Origin: Phoronis australis
Lineage: Eukaryota > Animalia > Phoronida
Direction: 5' to 3'
Assembly (NCBI GenBank): GCA_002633005.1
Contig: NMRA01000009.1
Coordinates: 1,225,169 to 1,289,168 of the forward strand
DNA: 64,000 bases
Part shown: positions 12,213 to 24,648 of the stretch, piece by piece
Layout: the number at the start of each line of letters is the position of its first letter
How positions within the stretch are numbered: the first letter of the stretch is position 1
Notes under the pieces: generated by a model
What the model was told of the DNA's origin: nothing
Seen by the model: the letters and a program-made list of their open reading frames with translations, nothing else
Database searches by the model: none
Made by a program: the position numbers and the translations under genes

Positions 12213-13294
12213 TTGAATGTGGGTACTTCCCATGAAATTCTGATTGATCTTTTTATATCACTCATGTCCTTCTGATTCTAATGGGGGTACTTCAGAAAAC
12301 TAACCCACGTGGTGGCATTGTGATCAAGTCAGAAACGTGTCGTCCACCAATCAAGACTTGCGGTCATGGTTACTAAAACAACTGAAGGATAAAATGTAGT
12401 GTATTTTGCAAGTCCAGACATTTCCTGAATGCCTTTGGCGCCAACTTTTAAATTCATTTCTTTCAGTTTAGTATAAATCTTTCCATTTTGTACTATAATT
12501 ACAAGTCCACTTGTGCAAGAAATCCAAGTGGGTAACATCAACCCTGAATGTACTTTCTTTGTGTTATTTATGATGACAATTGTCCCACTTTGTAAAATCT
12601 GACCTGTGACCCGTTTCTTTTGCATGTCTGACCTGCTGACCTCGTGTTTTGACTGGCTACACTGTATACACCACACTATTTCAACTGTGAATTTCCTCAA
12701 AGGAACTCTTGTTGCACTGTTTTTTCCCTGCATTTTGCTTGAATTGTACTATGTAACAGCTGTGGTGTTTACCTTGAAATTTGAATGTAACAGGTGTGTT
12801 TTCAGTTGAAATACAGTAAAAATTCTCCATTTTGGTGCCACTGAGAAATTTTGCTCCAAGTCAGAGCTTCTATCAAATTTTAGAAATGTCCAATTTAGGC
12901 CATTGCAAATTAAGAATTAAAATCTATGACAAAGATCATTTGTTTCCATGTTATACTCTATTTGGACACATGAAAATGTTACCAAGTCTACTTTAAGACA
13001 CTACCGATACAAAATGCAATGTCTTATATTTGAGAAATATGATGAAGACCAAATTCGCCCATTTCTCAACCTTCAATTTCTGTATCCCATAGTTCAAAGA
13101 CTGTCCCGAATGGGAGAATTTTACTATAATGAATTTCTGTTGTAAGACTTAAAAGAAGGTAACCCAATTAATCCTGTCATCTCTGGTAGGTATTACAGTG
13201 AATGTCTACTGGATGGGTTCTGACATCTGCTGTCGGAGTCATGTTTCCTAATTCTGCACAAGTTGCAGTTTGGTTGATCTCTTTTCTGTTTCAG

Positions 13295-13326
13295 TCTCCA
13301 ATCTCTAAGAAATATGAAACAAACAC
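13295..13326 (+). CDS. Candidate 32-nt upstream exon of the SAM-protein gene
   Basis: Strong polypyrimidine acceptor CTTTTCTGTTTCAG and weak donor AC|GTAACC. Joins in frame (LQSLRNMKQTH-WARSS) across a 90-nt intron. Confidence 0.3.
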
Positions 13327-13416
13327 GTAACCGTGCAAATTCATTGTTGCATCCTCGATGTGCCACTCCTGTTGTAGTTTTGTTGTCATAGGTAACAAGC
13401 TATCTTTGTCTTGCAG

Positions 13417-14468
13417 ATTGGGCTCGTTCAAGTACTGAGCATGATGAAACAGTCCAACTACAGATGTCTCCCTCTTCCTTGAAGACATCTGTAAGCGTTA
13501 ACACCATTTCTGCATCAACACCAGAAATACACCTCTTACCAAAGCATAAGAAATTTCTTCATGGTGCCAAGACAATGTTCAGTCAGTCTCTGGATAACCT
13601 GGCTGATCGGCTTCACAAGAAGAAACCAAAAAGCCCTGAACAACCCCGCTTAGAAATCAGCAACCCAGTTGTGCCAAAAAGTGCACCAGTGAGTGATGAA
13701 GGAGTAAACAACAATTATGAAAACATTTACCATTCACTTCAGGCAAGGCAACCATTGGCGGTTCGCACCAACAAAGGAACACCGCCCAAGGTTGGAATAG
13801 CTCTTCCACAAAACTTTGGTACTATGATTGGTACTGAGGAGAATACAGATGCTGTGTCACCCACTGAAGACAGGGGTAATGTACTCAACTCTGGAGCATC
13901 CTCCCAGCATACAGACGTGTCTCAAAAAAGGGCTCAACCTAACGACTATGCATATGTCGATTTTCCATATGATGCAAAACCAGCTAAATGCAATGAGCAG
14001 ACCCAACATAAACCGACTTTGGCACCAAAGCCACGAATGGGACTCAGGCATGCTACGGATAAAATGAACCGCAGAACTTCTGGAGATATGAAGCTTATTG
14101 CAGGAAGTGATGTCAGAACGAAACATATAGACAGTTCTGCTGCGGTCATACCACCCAAAATGGAGGAGAGAACTCGGGAACAAGGCCAGGCTCGACCAAC
14201 AATAACAATTCCACCTTCAGAAAGCGTGTCTATTAGGTCTATATATGACATTCCAGCAGACTTAAATGGGTTGAGTGTTGAGAATATAGCTGCTGTGATG
14301 AAGGTATGTGGGCTAGACTCGGTGGGTGAGAGGTTTGGTAGGGAACTTGTTGATGGTAGTTTGTTTATGGAGCTGAACGAGGATATGCTTAGGGAACATT
14401 TCAGTTTGAGTAAATTTGAAATTTTGAAAGTGATGAGGATTCAGAAAGGCTATAGACCTAAGCTTTAA
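13417..14468 (+). CDS. Terminal exon of a GAREM-like adaptor: long disordered Tyr/Pro-motif region plus C-terminal SAM domain
   Basis: Acceptor TTTGTCTTGCAG at 13416, open in frame into the 334-aa ORF. The C-terminus IPADLNGLSVENIAAVMKVCGLD...LVDGSLFMELNEDMLREHFSLSKFEILKVMRIQKGYRPKL resembles the GAREM SAM ending (GWRPK). AATAAA at ~15752. Confidence 0.8.
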
Positions 14469-15262
14469 TTGTGTGTTCAGGTGATAATGAAAATTATGTT
14501 CTGACATGGAGCGCAAATTTCCTAATGTTTAAAATGATTACGACGACCTGAAACGGGTGCAACAACTTACCCCACCTAGAGGTAATGCCAACTGAACTTC
14601 CCCCAGCGTAATTGTCTTTGTGGACTGAAGTGACATCTAGGGAGAAGAGGCATAGTGAAAACTTCAATTTTGGACAAAATTGTAGTAGACTTATAGATTT
14701 ACAACATTGTTGCAAATGCTCTGCTGCTTGATGATAGCTGAACCCTACAATTCATGGACCAATGAAGTGGCTGTTTCTTTACTCTGTTGAATGACTTGAG
14801 AAAATGAAATTAGATTTGTCGGCCACATTATGTCCCAAACTGAGGACTGTTTACAGTTATTGTCAGCAAAGCTCTTGTGTAGCTTTTTCACTAATTTAAA
14901 AGCACTTGCATATCAGTTTCACCTTTCACTAGCATTTCACTGTGACACCAATATACCAATAGCAGTTAGTAAAATAGAATTAACAAAAGTACTGGGGTAC
15001 TGGTTTTCTTGCCCCTCCTATGGGAATTCATTGAGGTATGTTCAAGAACTTGCATCATATGTTCATCTCATTTTGACAATACTGGGATGGCAAAAGGTGC
15101 CACTTTGGGTTTATGTATGATTTTTTTTATTTTGATTTATGAGTTTGCCCTGTTTGGTGAAAGAACAATGCAATTTTGGCAAATGATACAGTTTTGTGAA
15201 CATGTTAGGCTAACCTTAGTTGATATTTATTTTCATATCCTTAGTTTGGAAGTATTGATAAA

Positions 15263-15350
15263 AGGGTATAATGTGCTTGCATTTTGAGAACCATTTTTTC
15301 CACTGAATAACGGACACCGAACTGGTTCTCAAAATACGGGCACGTTATAT
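15263..15350. repeat. Short inverted repeat in the putative 3' UTR of the SAM-protein gene
   Basis: ATAATGTGCTTGCATTTTGAGAACCA ... TGGTTCTCAAAATACGGGCACGTTAT. Confidence 0.6.
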
Positions 15351-18307
15351 CCTACTTCTAATATGATCTATCTATATCAATTCATATGTATCATGTCGAG
15401 AATTTTTTATAATGTAAGGTGATGTCACACTTTGGGTGCCCAACTGAAACTTGTCGGTATGAAATAGCAGTTTACACACTTCTGTGGCTTTAAGAGTTGC
15501 ATGTTTTTTGGCTAATCTTGATTGTGTTGAGCACATGCTTGGTGAACCATCACCTATAAACTGAGGAGCTTTCTAGCTCCAGTCACACTTGGTCAGAGTG
15601 GCCAACTTCAGGCAAAAGAATTCCTGCTGCAGCAAGGAGGATTCAATTTTATCTTAAGGTAGATGGATACACAAAAAAAATTAATTTTGACTGTTTTTAT
15701 ACTTTATGTCATCCTAATCTTTAATTCTTGATGCACAGTATACTGAAGAAAAATAAAATCATTCTGAAAATCTAAAGTTGTTTTTTAGCTATATTTGACC
15801 AAGCCTCAGTAAGTCATATGGCTTGAGTGCTCACCAGCTCAGTGACTGACAACTGGGGCGGAGCTTATACAAGGACACTAGCTCTAATCTAACCTTGTCA
15901 ACAAGCATTGCTTAATGTCCTGTCCCAAATTTTGAGACTCCAAAAATGAAGAATTTTATCGCACTTATGACTTCTAACTGAACCAGTAGTCTTTCAGTAT
16001 GGGTTGGCATTCTTGACTAGTTCTTTGTATGTGACTATTAGAAATTATGAATGTTTGTTTAGCCCATTCTGTGATTCAGTGTGACTCAGGTTGTTGGTTT
16101 TCAGCCCCATCAGACTACTAGATTACCTTCTGATGTCTATTTATATCATTTTGGCGTAACTATATTTTTTATTTTAAAAATGTTTAAACTTTAATATATG
16201 ATCAGGAAGAGGTATTTTAAAATGTCTTTTAAAAGATGTGTTAATAATATCTAGAATACCATCAACTGTCATCAAGCTGTCTTGTTAGATCTGAACGAAA
16301 GAAACTGCTTGCTCAATCTTAAATGAAATCTGTCTCCATCCTGTGGATGCGCTTTCTCATTCTGACCAGACTCAGATGCTGTTTCCACTAGTAATTTATT
16401 GGTAAAGCAATGAAATTTTCAATAGTAGATATGTCTTGCCACTGTATGTCTGAACAAAGAGTGGTTAACAGCTAAATGTGATGAATTTAAAAGGGCATAG
16501 TCGGGTTGATTGTCCAGCCTATAGATTTAGGAGTTTCTTTGTGTCTGTGGACACTGCTTGGAAAAGGTATTGAATTTACTTAATATAGCACATTTTGTGG
16601 AAAAAGTTTGAACATTCTCAATTGATTGTTGTAATGGATGTAGATTTTTTGTACTTGTAACAAAATATTTGGTGAATTTACTAAATGCTTAATAGAAATT
16701 TTTATCTCTCTATGGTAGTCGAAACTATCAAGGGGCCAGGACAAGTCATTCCTGGAGTAGACTGCAGAAAACCACTTACTCAGGATAGTTGGAAGATAAA
16801 ACATGATCTTAACTTTTTAAGGAAGTCACCTTCAAATCAAAACTTTTACAAGTTGTTTTAGAAACGTGCACCATATGAGCAAGATCTTTTGTGGGCGCTT
16901 TGGTCGTTGAAATCGTTATAATTTCTTTTGGTCTTCACTGGTCCTAGTTGAAAATGAAACTGGTCTGTTAGAAGAGTGTGAAAGTTTTCTGTTCGCTGTA
17001 GTTATCTGTTGTCTTGCTATAGACACTGAATAGGGTTTTTTCAAGCTTAGTAAGTTGCAGACTGTCTCAAGACACTGACTTAAATAGGTTTTTGACTTGA
17101 TTCTAAGATTTGTTTCAACTTCTAAACTACGAATCTTCCACATATGGCAAGTTAGTCAAAAATTAAGACGAAACTAAAGTCTACCATAAGGTCTCTTTCT
17201 TGAAATGGACATTTTTTGTCTTAGCTGAGTCAGTTTTCTTGGAACTGGCCCTTGGTCTTTAAAAAATCAGAAATTTAATTTAAGCTTTCTTTCTAAAACC
17301 ATGACTCGATTTAGGCCACTTGTAAAATTAGTGTTGTCTTCTTTCTTTAGAAGTGACCTCTTGTTAAAAACTGGCAGGTCGTTATTTTTTCAGATCAAGC
17401 TTGTAAAATTAAAGGTTTAGGAATAACGAATTCTCAGTTCTTTTGAAGGCTTGAAATTCTGTATACCAGGTATTCCATGCCATTTGTCATTTGGGAAAAG
17501 AGTTGAACAATAGAAACTGAATACATCAAGTGTTTGCGTGAAATATACTACACCAGGCACATAACATTTGTCTATCGAGGAAAGTCAAGTACAGCATATA
17601 TTTTACTGGTCGCTTTAGCGTGAGCACTTCCCCACATAACACACTTCATGTCACAACATACAGCAGAGGAGTAAAGTTACTGGAGAATTTGGAAAAAGCG
17701 CCAATGGAAGTTCTTTTCGCTTTTGGAAGAAGTGCGCATGTGCATATTTTTAAATGTGAACTTCACTTTTCTGAAGGAGTGCCCACTAAATGTGATTCTG
17801 AAAAGCTAACAACTGGATAAAACATTACGAAAAAATCCTACGTGATTATGTTGGATCCCAGAGATCTGGCTAACTTCAGAACATCATATCACAGAAATGA
17901 CCGATTGGAGTCGTGTGAAACATTCAGGTAGCATGGTTTGTGCATTATTCTGAAAAAAAATGTTTTGGTATATTATTATTTTTATAATGTTCCACTTTTC
18001 CTCAAGAGGTTTTAAGAATTGGACTTTTATGAGTTATAAGTTAAATAAAACAAAAACTGTTGAAGTACCCTTCGTTTTTGCTAAATTTTATTAACAGCCG
18101 TGGTCGTGTGACTCAATTAATGAAAAACTTGTAGAAAGTTAAAAATCTACAGGCTTTCTGCTTTCATTAAATATATGCCTTTACTGAGTTCAACTCTAGT
18201 TTTGTTAATATATGGCTGACTACACATAGTTGTCAATAAGTACCTACTACCATAAGGCCATGTCCATGTTGGACTGTAGGACCTTATCGACTAGTCCGTG
18301 CATTTAG

Positions 18308-21300
18308 CAGGCTTTCAAGCATTCCTACTTTTCCTACTTTATCCTACTTTTTTCTGAAATTCCTAATTTTTCCTACTTTTTCCTAATTTTTTTCTCATTG
18401 CTCTAAACTTTCGGTTTAAGTTGTTTTTGGAGAAGTGAGTAATCCTAATCGTTTTAAGCTTTAATCAGAAGTAGCACACGGAGGACTTCCAGCGCAAACG
18501 ATGCTATCAAAAGACTAATAGTAGTTGGAGTGCCAGCAGGACTTTATTCACATTTTTGGCTACAGAAGGTTTGAGTACGTAATTCTATTGTAAATCACCT
18601 ACCATTTAGGGAAGGTGACATCTTAATTTGCACAATCCTGGGCTTTGGTCACTGGGGGTTCCAAAAGAGGGCCCAATCATCCATTTAATTAAAATTTCGA
18701 GTGCAACATCCATTTCAAGTTTATTTCATTCACCACTCAAATTAAAATGATGCAACTGTGGTTACTGGTTAAGACTCCTAATTAATGACCAATTAATGAT
18801 TTATTTAAACTTAAAGTGCAACAAAAACTTTTTCCAAAAGACAGTTTTAACTCTGAACACCATATGCACAACTTAGATGCGATTTTTCATGGGTTTTGCA
18901 GATAAGACGGGGTGTTTAGACCCTAAGGAATAACAAGACCCCCAAAAATGAGCTCGATTTCTGCTATGGATAAAACATTTGAAATGAACAAAAACACAAC
19001 TTATGACACAAAATCCTCGTAATAAATTAAAACGCTTATTAATTAACGACCAATTAACGATTTATTAGTGCAATAAAAACTCTTTTCCAGGAAGATAGTT
19101 TAGCGAACTTGGGCCCCATATCCACATCTGAATACACAATTTTTCCTGATATTAGTAGACTAAACGGAGATGCTTGTACCCCGAGAGACAATAAGACCCT
19201 GTTCTAGGAGGGAACTTGTTAGAGAAGGATTTGAACAGAAAAGAGACTTGAGCTTCACAAAACAACTTGAGAGGGAGTAGTTCAAACGAGAGCTACCTGT
19301 CTACCTGTCTTTCTCACCAAGGTTTGGTCGAGCAACTTCTACAGTCCACTTCGAGATGGAAGACAAGTGTATTTGGGGGTGATGGGAGAGTGCACTTGGT
19401 ACTTCGTTGAAGATGGAGAAGTATGCACACAATCAGTTCCTTCTCTAAATTGCAATCACTCGGAAACCGACACCAGAGTCATCCTTCATATGACTGAGTC
19501 CACACCTGGCGACATGGTCATAAGGGGTTCTGACACCAACATTCTAGTTATGCTCCTATACCATGTCCATCGAGTTACATCCACGGTGTGGACGGAGGTT
19601 GGGACTATAAGACTAGTCAATCCGTGTTATTTGAATGTTGCTAACATTGCTACTGTGATAGGCGAAGCTATGTGTGCTGCACTCCTCGTTCTACACACGT
19701 TCAGTGGATGTTACTATACCTGGGCATTTGTAAGGTGACAAAAGTGACCAGTTCCAGAGAGTATTTGCTTCAGTGAGCCACGATGCCTCAACAGAAGATG
19801 TCATCAAAATCTTGCAAGATTTTCATCAAAATCTTGCAAGATTTTGTTTGTGTGTTGTACGGAGCATAGAAACTTGTCTCACTCAACAACACCGGTTCAT
19901 CACAGTTGACAAAACCTACAAACAAAGGTCAATGCTAAGCACGCCCATTTGAGAAGCTTAAAAGCATCGAGGGCAGCAGAATTTCACCATGTGAAGCTGA
20001 CCTAGCTCTTCACGTGGATAGAAGTGTAGTTGTTGCTAGACTATGGGGTAGTGCTCATCAATCTTGCACAAAACGCCCACCAATGGATGTGAAAATGTTG
20101 ACGAAGAATTTCGCATCGTTTCATTCAATGAAGAACAGATGCCCACCGCACATATTCCAGAGATTCAAGTCGAAATGGAGCCAGACACCTCATAGTGGCG
20201 ATGGTGAGAGAGATGATGATATGGACAGTAATGTAGACTAAGATCGTGATCCTCTCGCAAGTTAAATGAAATCATCTGATGAAGACAGTGACGACAATAA
20301 CGACTTAGATATTTTAAGTTAAATTACAGCAGAGTTTATTGTTATTGCCTTTTGGATTTTGGTTTTATCAATAAATAAATTGTGTCATGCATCACAATTG
20401 TTGCCACTAGATATGCTTCAAGCAGCTCAGCTGTAATTTGAAGTCAGCTTATTTAGTTGCCCCAGATGTATCTTAACTCAGTATATACGTTTTTGTTTCG
20501 TTTTTGTTGTATTTGAGAGTAAATTGGTCATATCATCAGATGGCTTTGAAATCATATGTTTTGTCCATAGTAGTAATCAAAATTATTGTAGTTCCTCTAT
20601 TATACAAGTTCACTTTTGGGGGTGTTCTTACCCCTTCGGGTCAAAACACCCACATCTTATCTGCAATTCCCTGGCAAAATCCAGTCTTAAGGTTGGATTT
20701 TGTGTCCAGAACTACGTAACTATCTTTTTGAAAACAGATTTTTTTGTTGCACTTAAAAGCTTAAAGAAATCTTTAATTGGCTGTTCATCAACAAATGTCT
20801 TAATCAATTACACAAGAATTTTTCATGTCATTAGTTGTATTTTTGTTCATTTGAAATAATGTTTTATCCATAGTAGTATTCAAAAATGTCGTAATTCCTC
20901 TGTTATACAAGTCCATTTTTGAGGGTCTTCTTAGCCCTTGGGGTTCAAACACCCCCGTCTTATCTGCAAACCCCAGGAAAAAACTGCGTCTTAAGTTGCG
21001 GATATGGTGTCTAAGCTATCTTTTGGAAAAAGAATTTTTGTTGCACCTATAATTTTAAATAAATTGTTGATTGGTAGTTAATTGGGAGACCTTTTAGTTA
21101 ATAACACTACGCATTTACGCGTCCTTAAGTTGCATCATTTTAACTTGAGTGGTGATTTGACTTGAAACTGATGGTTCACTCTCGATATTAATTAAATGGA
21201 TCCTCTTTTGGACCCCCAGGGACCAAAGCCCCTTTCCTTCAATGGTATTTGATGTGCAATAGAATTACTCAGTCAAACCTTTTGCACTAAGAAGTGTGAA

Positions 21301-21473
21301 TAAAATCCTGCTGGTTAATATCCAACTAATGGTTAGTACTGCCTGTGACACGAGGTGAACGTTGTTAAGTATCGATGAAAGCTGCTTCTGAATGCCTGCT
21401 CTTTTTCACTACACAGTTCCTACTCTTTTGAAAATGTGTCTTACTTTTTTCACTAAAACTGCTTGAAAGCCTG
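18308..21473. mobile_element. CAGG-ended TIR element with 6-bp TSD (hAT-like), containing a nested element
   Basis: Perfect 14-bp TIR CAGGCTTTCAAGCA / TGCTTGAAAGCCTG; ATTTAG on both sides; TTCCTACTTT subterminal repeats at both ends. Confidence 0.8.
18513..21338 (+). mobile_element. Decayed long-TIR transposon with XPG/FEN1-like coding remnant (Academ-like)
   Basis: Diverged inverted arms of several hundred bp (CCAGCAGGACTTTATTCACA.. vs ..TGTGAATAAAATCCTGCTGG). ORF 19367-19738 reads LNCNHSETDTRVILH..IRGSDTNILVMLL..CAALLVLHTFSGC, a decayed HEEADTR / DTDV / HA.xGCD motif set. Boundaries approximate. Confidence 0.65.
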
Positions 21474-23258
21474 ATTTAGTCAAATGTCTAAAAAACTACA
21501 GAAACTAATGCAATAGTATACATTTTTGGAAAGTAAAAAGACTGAAATTTTCTTTTGATACATGGTCATAGTGAAATTTAGCAAAAGGAAAGTGCATTCA
21601 TAGCAAAACAAGAGTATCAATAACATGACCAAATTTCATTTGAAATAAACGTTAGAGATGAAATCTCTAAAACGCAGTTAGTTTTCAAAAATATTTATTT
21701 TTCGTTTTGTGCAAAAAATTATAGTTCTTGTCACCCCTCATCCAAAAGTGGAAAAACAATTTCAAACAGTGTATTGGAGAACAGTTCATGATACGTGAGT
21801 TTCATATCAATCTGATCCGCCATTTCTGAAACACGACGTTCCGATGATTACCAATATTAGGACATTTTTTCTAGAGTTCTATAGAATGTTAAAGGGTTTG
21901 TTTTTATCGCTTCTAGTTGAGCAGACGTCGCAGTCGCCTGTATGGCAGTAGCACCATTCTGAGCAAAACATTTTTAAAATTCTTTGAATTAGATCATGTG
22001 TCTGTTACTGTTTTATGTATTTCACACTTTCCTTTAAAATACATGTATGTCTATTACACGGTACGACTTGCTGTAAGTTTAGAAAATGCTAGGACATCTT
22101 CATTTTTTAAATAGTTTTAAGTACCATAAATATATGCATCTACTGTAGACACACTAGTTATTTGTTGAGTTAGCCCAGTTTTGCTTTGAAACGAGATTTT
22201 ACACCACCCACAAAATTTCGTTAGCTTGCCATGCACCAAATTACTGTCCCTTCTTGGGATGATGACTTCGGGGCAACTTGCGAGATGACAAAAACTCATC
22301 TGCGGTCAACGGTTTGCAGACTGCATCACATCATTGACAAAAGTGGTGAGAGAAAGCTACAAAATTATGTTTAATAAATAAAATTCAAAATCAAGCCTCT
22401 CTCTCCAGTCGTTTCACGTTTTTTGTTCATTGAATTTCATGTAAAGTTGGATAATCTCTTCGGAAGTTTCTTAACTATGAAATGTTTTGAGAATACAGCC
22501 TTGAGATAAATAATTCTTACCGGTATTCATAAATGAGATTTGTATGAGGAATAGACTGAAAAAATCTTGTCAAGAAAGACATACCGAGGGGTGCATTTTG
22601 GTTTGCTTGACTGGGGAGCCAAAACCCAAGCCACCACTGAAATAATTACACATCAGAAGGTTGGTTTACAGCAGGTATGGTGATATATGGAGGTCACACC
22701 TTATGCATATTACAGTGAAGTTCTCTTGCATATTACAGTGAAGTTCTCTTTGGCACCCTCTCAAGGACTCATATTTAGTATCTGATACGCTTCATTTTTC
22801 AGCAATTTAAATCAAGGAATTGAAATGACTGGAATTTATAATACAATTTTATTAAAATTAAAGCTCAAACATCTACTGATATTAGGAAAAATCAAGCATA
22901 ACATGTAGAAATACGTATAAGCATTGTTAACACACCTTTCTGTGCAGTCATTTAAACAAACTGATTCTGTACCTTATCACTGAAATGTAAAAAAATTGCA
23001 GGTGATCTGGTAAACGTAGCACCATGAGCCATGCACATGCCACTCAGGTGAACCCATTGCACTCAGATCACCTGCAACCATTTTTATGCTTTATTAATAT
23101 GTAGTTAAAACCAAGCTGACGAGTCGGAGACCCAACACTCAAGTGTTTGGCAGCGTGCTCCAGTCAGTCCAAGAACCTGGCCCTTGACCTTGAGTAAAGG
23201 AAGTGGACAATTATCCCATTATTGAAATGTAAGTACATACACCCATTTTTGATACTTA

Positions 23259-23259
<1 letters not shown>

Positions 23260-23304
<45 letters not shown>

Positions 23305-23306
23305 NC
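23260..23306. repeat. (CA)n microsatellite
   Basis: More than 20 CA units. Confidence 0.97.
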
Positions 23307-24538
23307 AAGTCAAAATTGTAAACCTCAAATAGTCATTATTCCAATTTGAACCTTCCTGTGCAGGACATCAATCAAGTCCATTCACCCTGTGGTGAATTAG
23401 GAATTCTAACTATTAAAAAACTGAAACAAAGCATTCCATCCCAAAATACAAATCAAAATAATGGTCTTCAAAGGCGGCATTATGGACCTTTAAAATGAAA
23501 TGCAAACAGGCACACAAACAAAGAATTAAAAGTTGACTAAAAGTAAGCTGCATAAAGCATAAGCAAAGTCATTATCCTCTCTAACAAAAAGATTATCATC
23601 AAATTATTAAAACAACAATAAAATTCTTCACCTTCTGAAAATACAATGATTAAAATCTGAACAAAAGGATGATATCAAGTCAACCAATAATGAACTATGT
23701 AAATCTAGAGTCAAAAATCTGAACAAAATAAGAATATCAGGTCAGTAAAAAACTACCTTTTGCCTTTCACTCAAATAAACCGTATGATTGTTACAATCTC
23801 ATCTATTTCTGATAAGTTACATCATACCGCAAAATTTGAAAAGAATGCCAGAAATTGAGGAATGTTTTCACTTGAAGCCCACCATACCATTCCAAACTGT
23901 CTTCATAAAACCTATCAAACTTGCAACTCCATAACAAACACTGGATACAATGACTACTGTCCACCTATAACTTGTCAGATTAAAAGCAATAAAGCAATAG
24001 AAACGACTTGAATAAATGTATGACAGAATTTTGATTTTGAAATAACTTTTGTAAACTAGAGGTTAAAATCATTGCATTGGTTAATCAAGCAACACAAGTC
24101 ATTAATTGGTATGGCACATTAAGTAACAAACCTACTGTAGACAAATAAAATTTAGTGAGACAGACAAATCACCATGGCTACAATGGATAAACATGTGACA
24201 GAGAAATGACAAAAAAACAAGAGTTGAAAATTTCAAACTAAATATAGTTGATAATTTATTAAAAACGAATATGTTTGCCAGTATTTGAAATAAAAATTAC
24301 TGTCTCAGGTAAAACAGTTGAAAGTGTACACAAAAGATAACAACAACATTCTGGACAATCATGAAAATGTACAATCTTTACAGTCAAAGATAAATACTTC
24401 ATAAATTTCACCTGGATATGTCTCAGTCTTAACTGTGAATCAAACAGTATACTGTACAAGATTAAGTCAAGTAGCAACACGTGAACAGGGACATCAGAAT
24501 GAGGTCGTGCCTGTCAGCTGACACTTGCTCTTTGGGCG

Positions 24539-24648
24539 CTATTGCCACTTTTCAAGGAAATGCCCAACGTCTACACATGAATTTTTCCTCCGGAAATGTG
24601 CAATCAATCTTTCCCAGACTTTATCGAGTTCCAGTAAATGTCTATTGC
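24539..24648 (-). CDS. HELZ2: HELZ2-like terminal exon (not in ORF track)
   Basis: TTGCAG|GNRHLLELDKVWERLIAHFRRKNSCVDVGHFLEKWQ*, the typical UPF1-like 'GN..LL....W..L' ending. Confidence 0.88.

Noticed and set aside
12329-12733. 134-aa minus-strand ORF
   Set aside because: No recognisable domain, no ATG-supported or splice-supported context; consistent with chance.
13828-14251. Overlapping and antisense ORFs within the SAM-protein exon
   Set aside because: Shadow frames of the real coding exon with no recognisable motifs.
19367-19738. Functional host gene (123-aa ORF)
   Set aside because: Catalytic motifs are degraded (HSETDTR, GCYY), stops and frameshifts follow, and it lies within inverted repeats. 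Treated as a transposon remnant.
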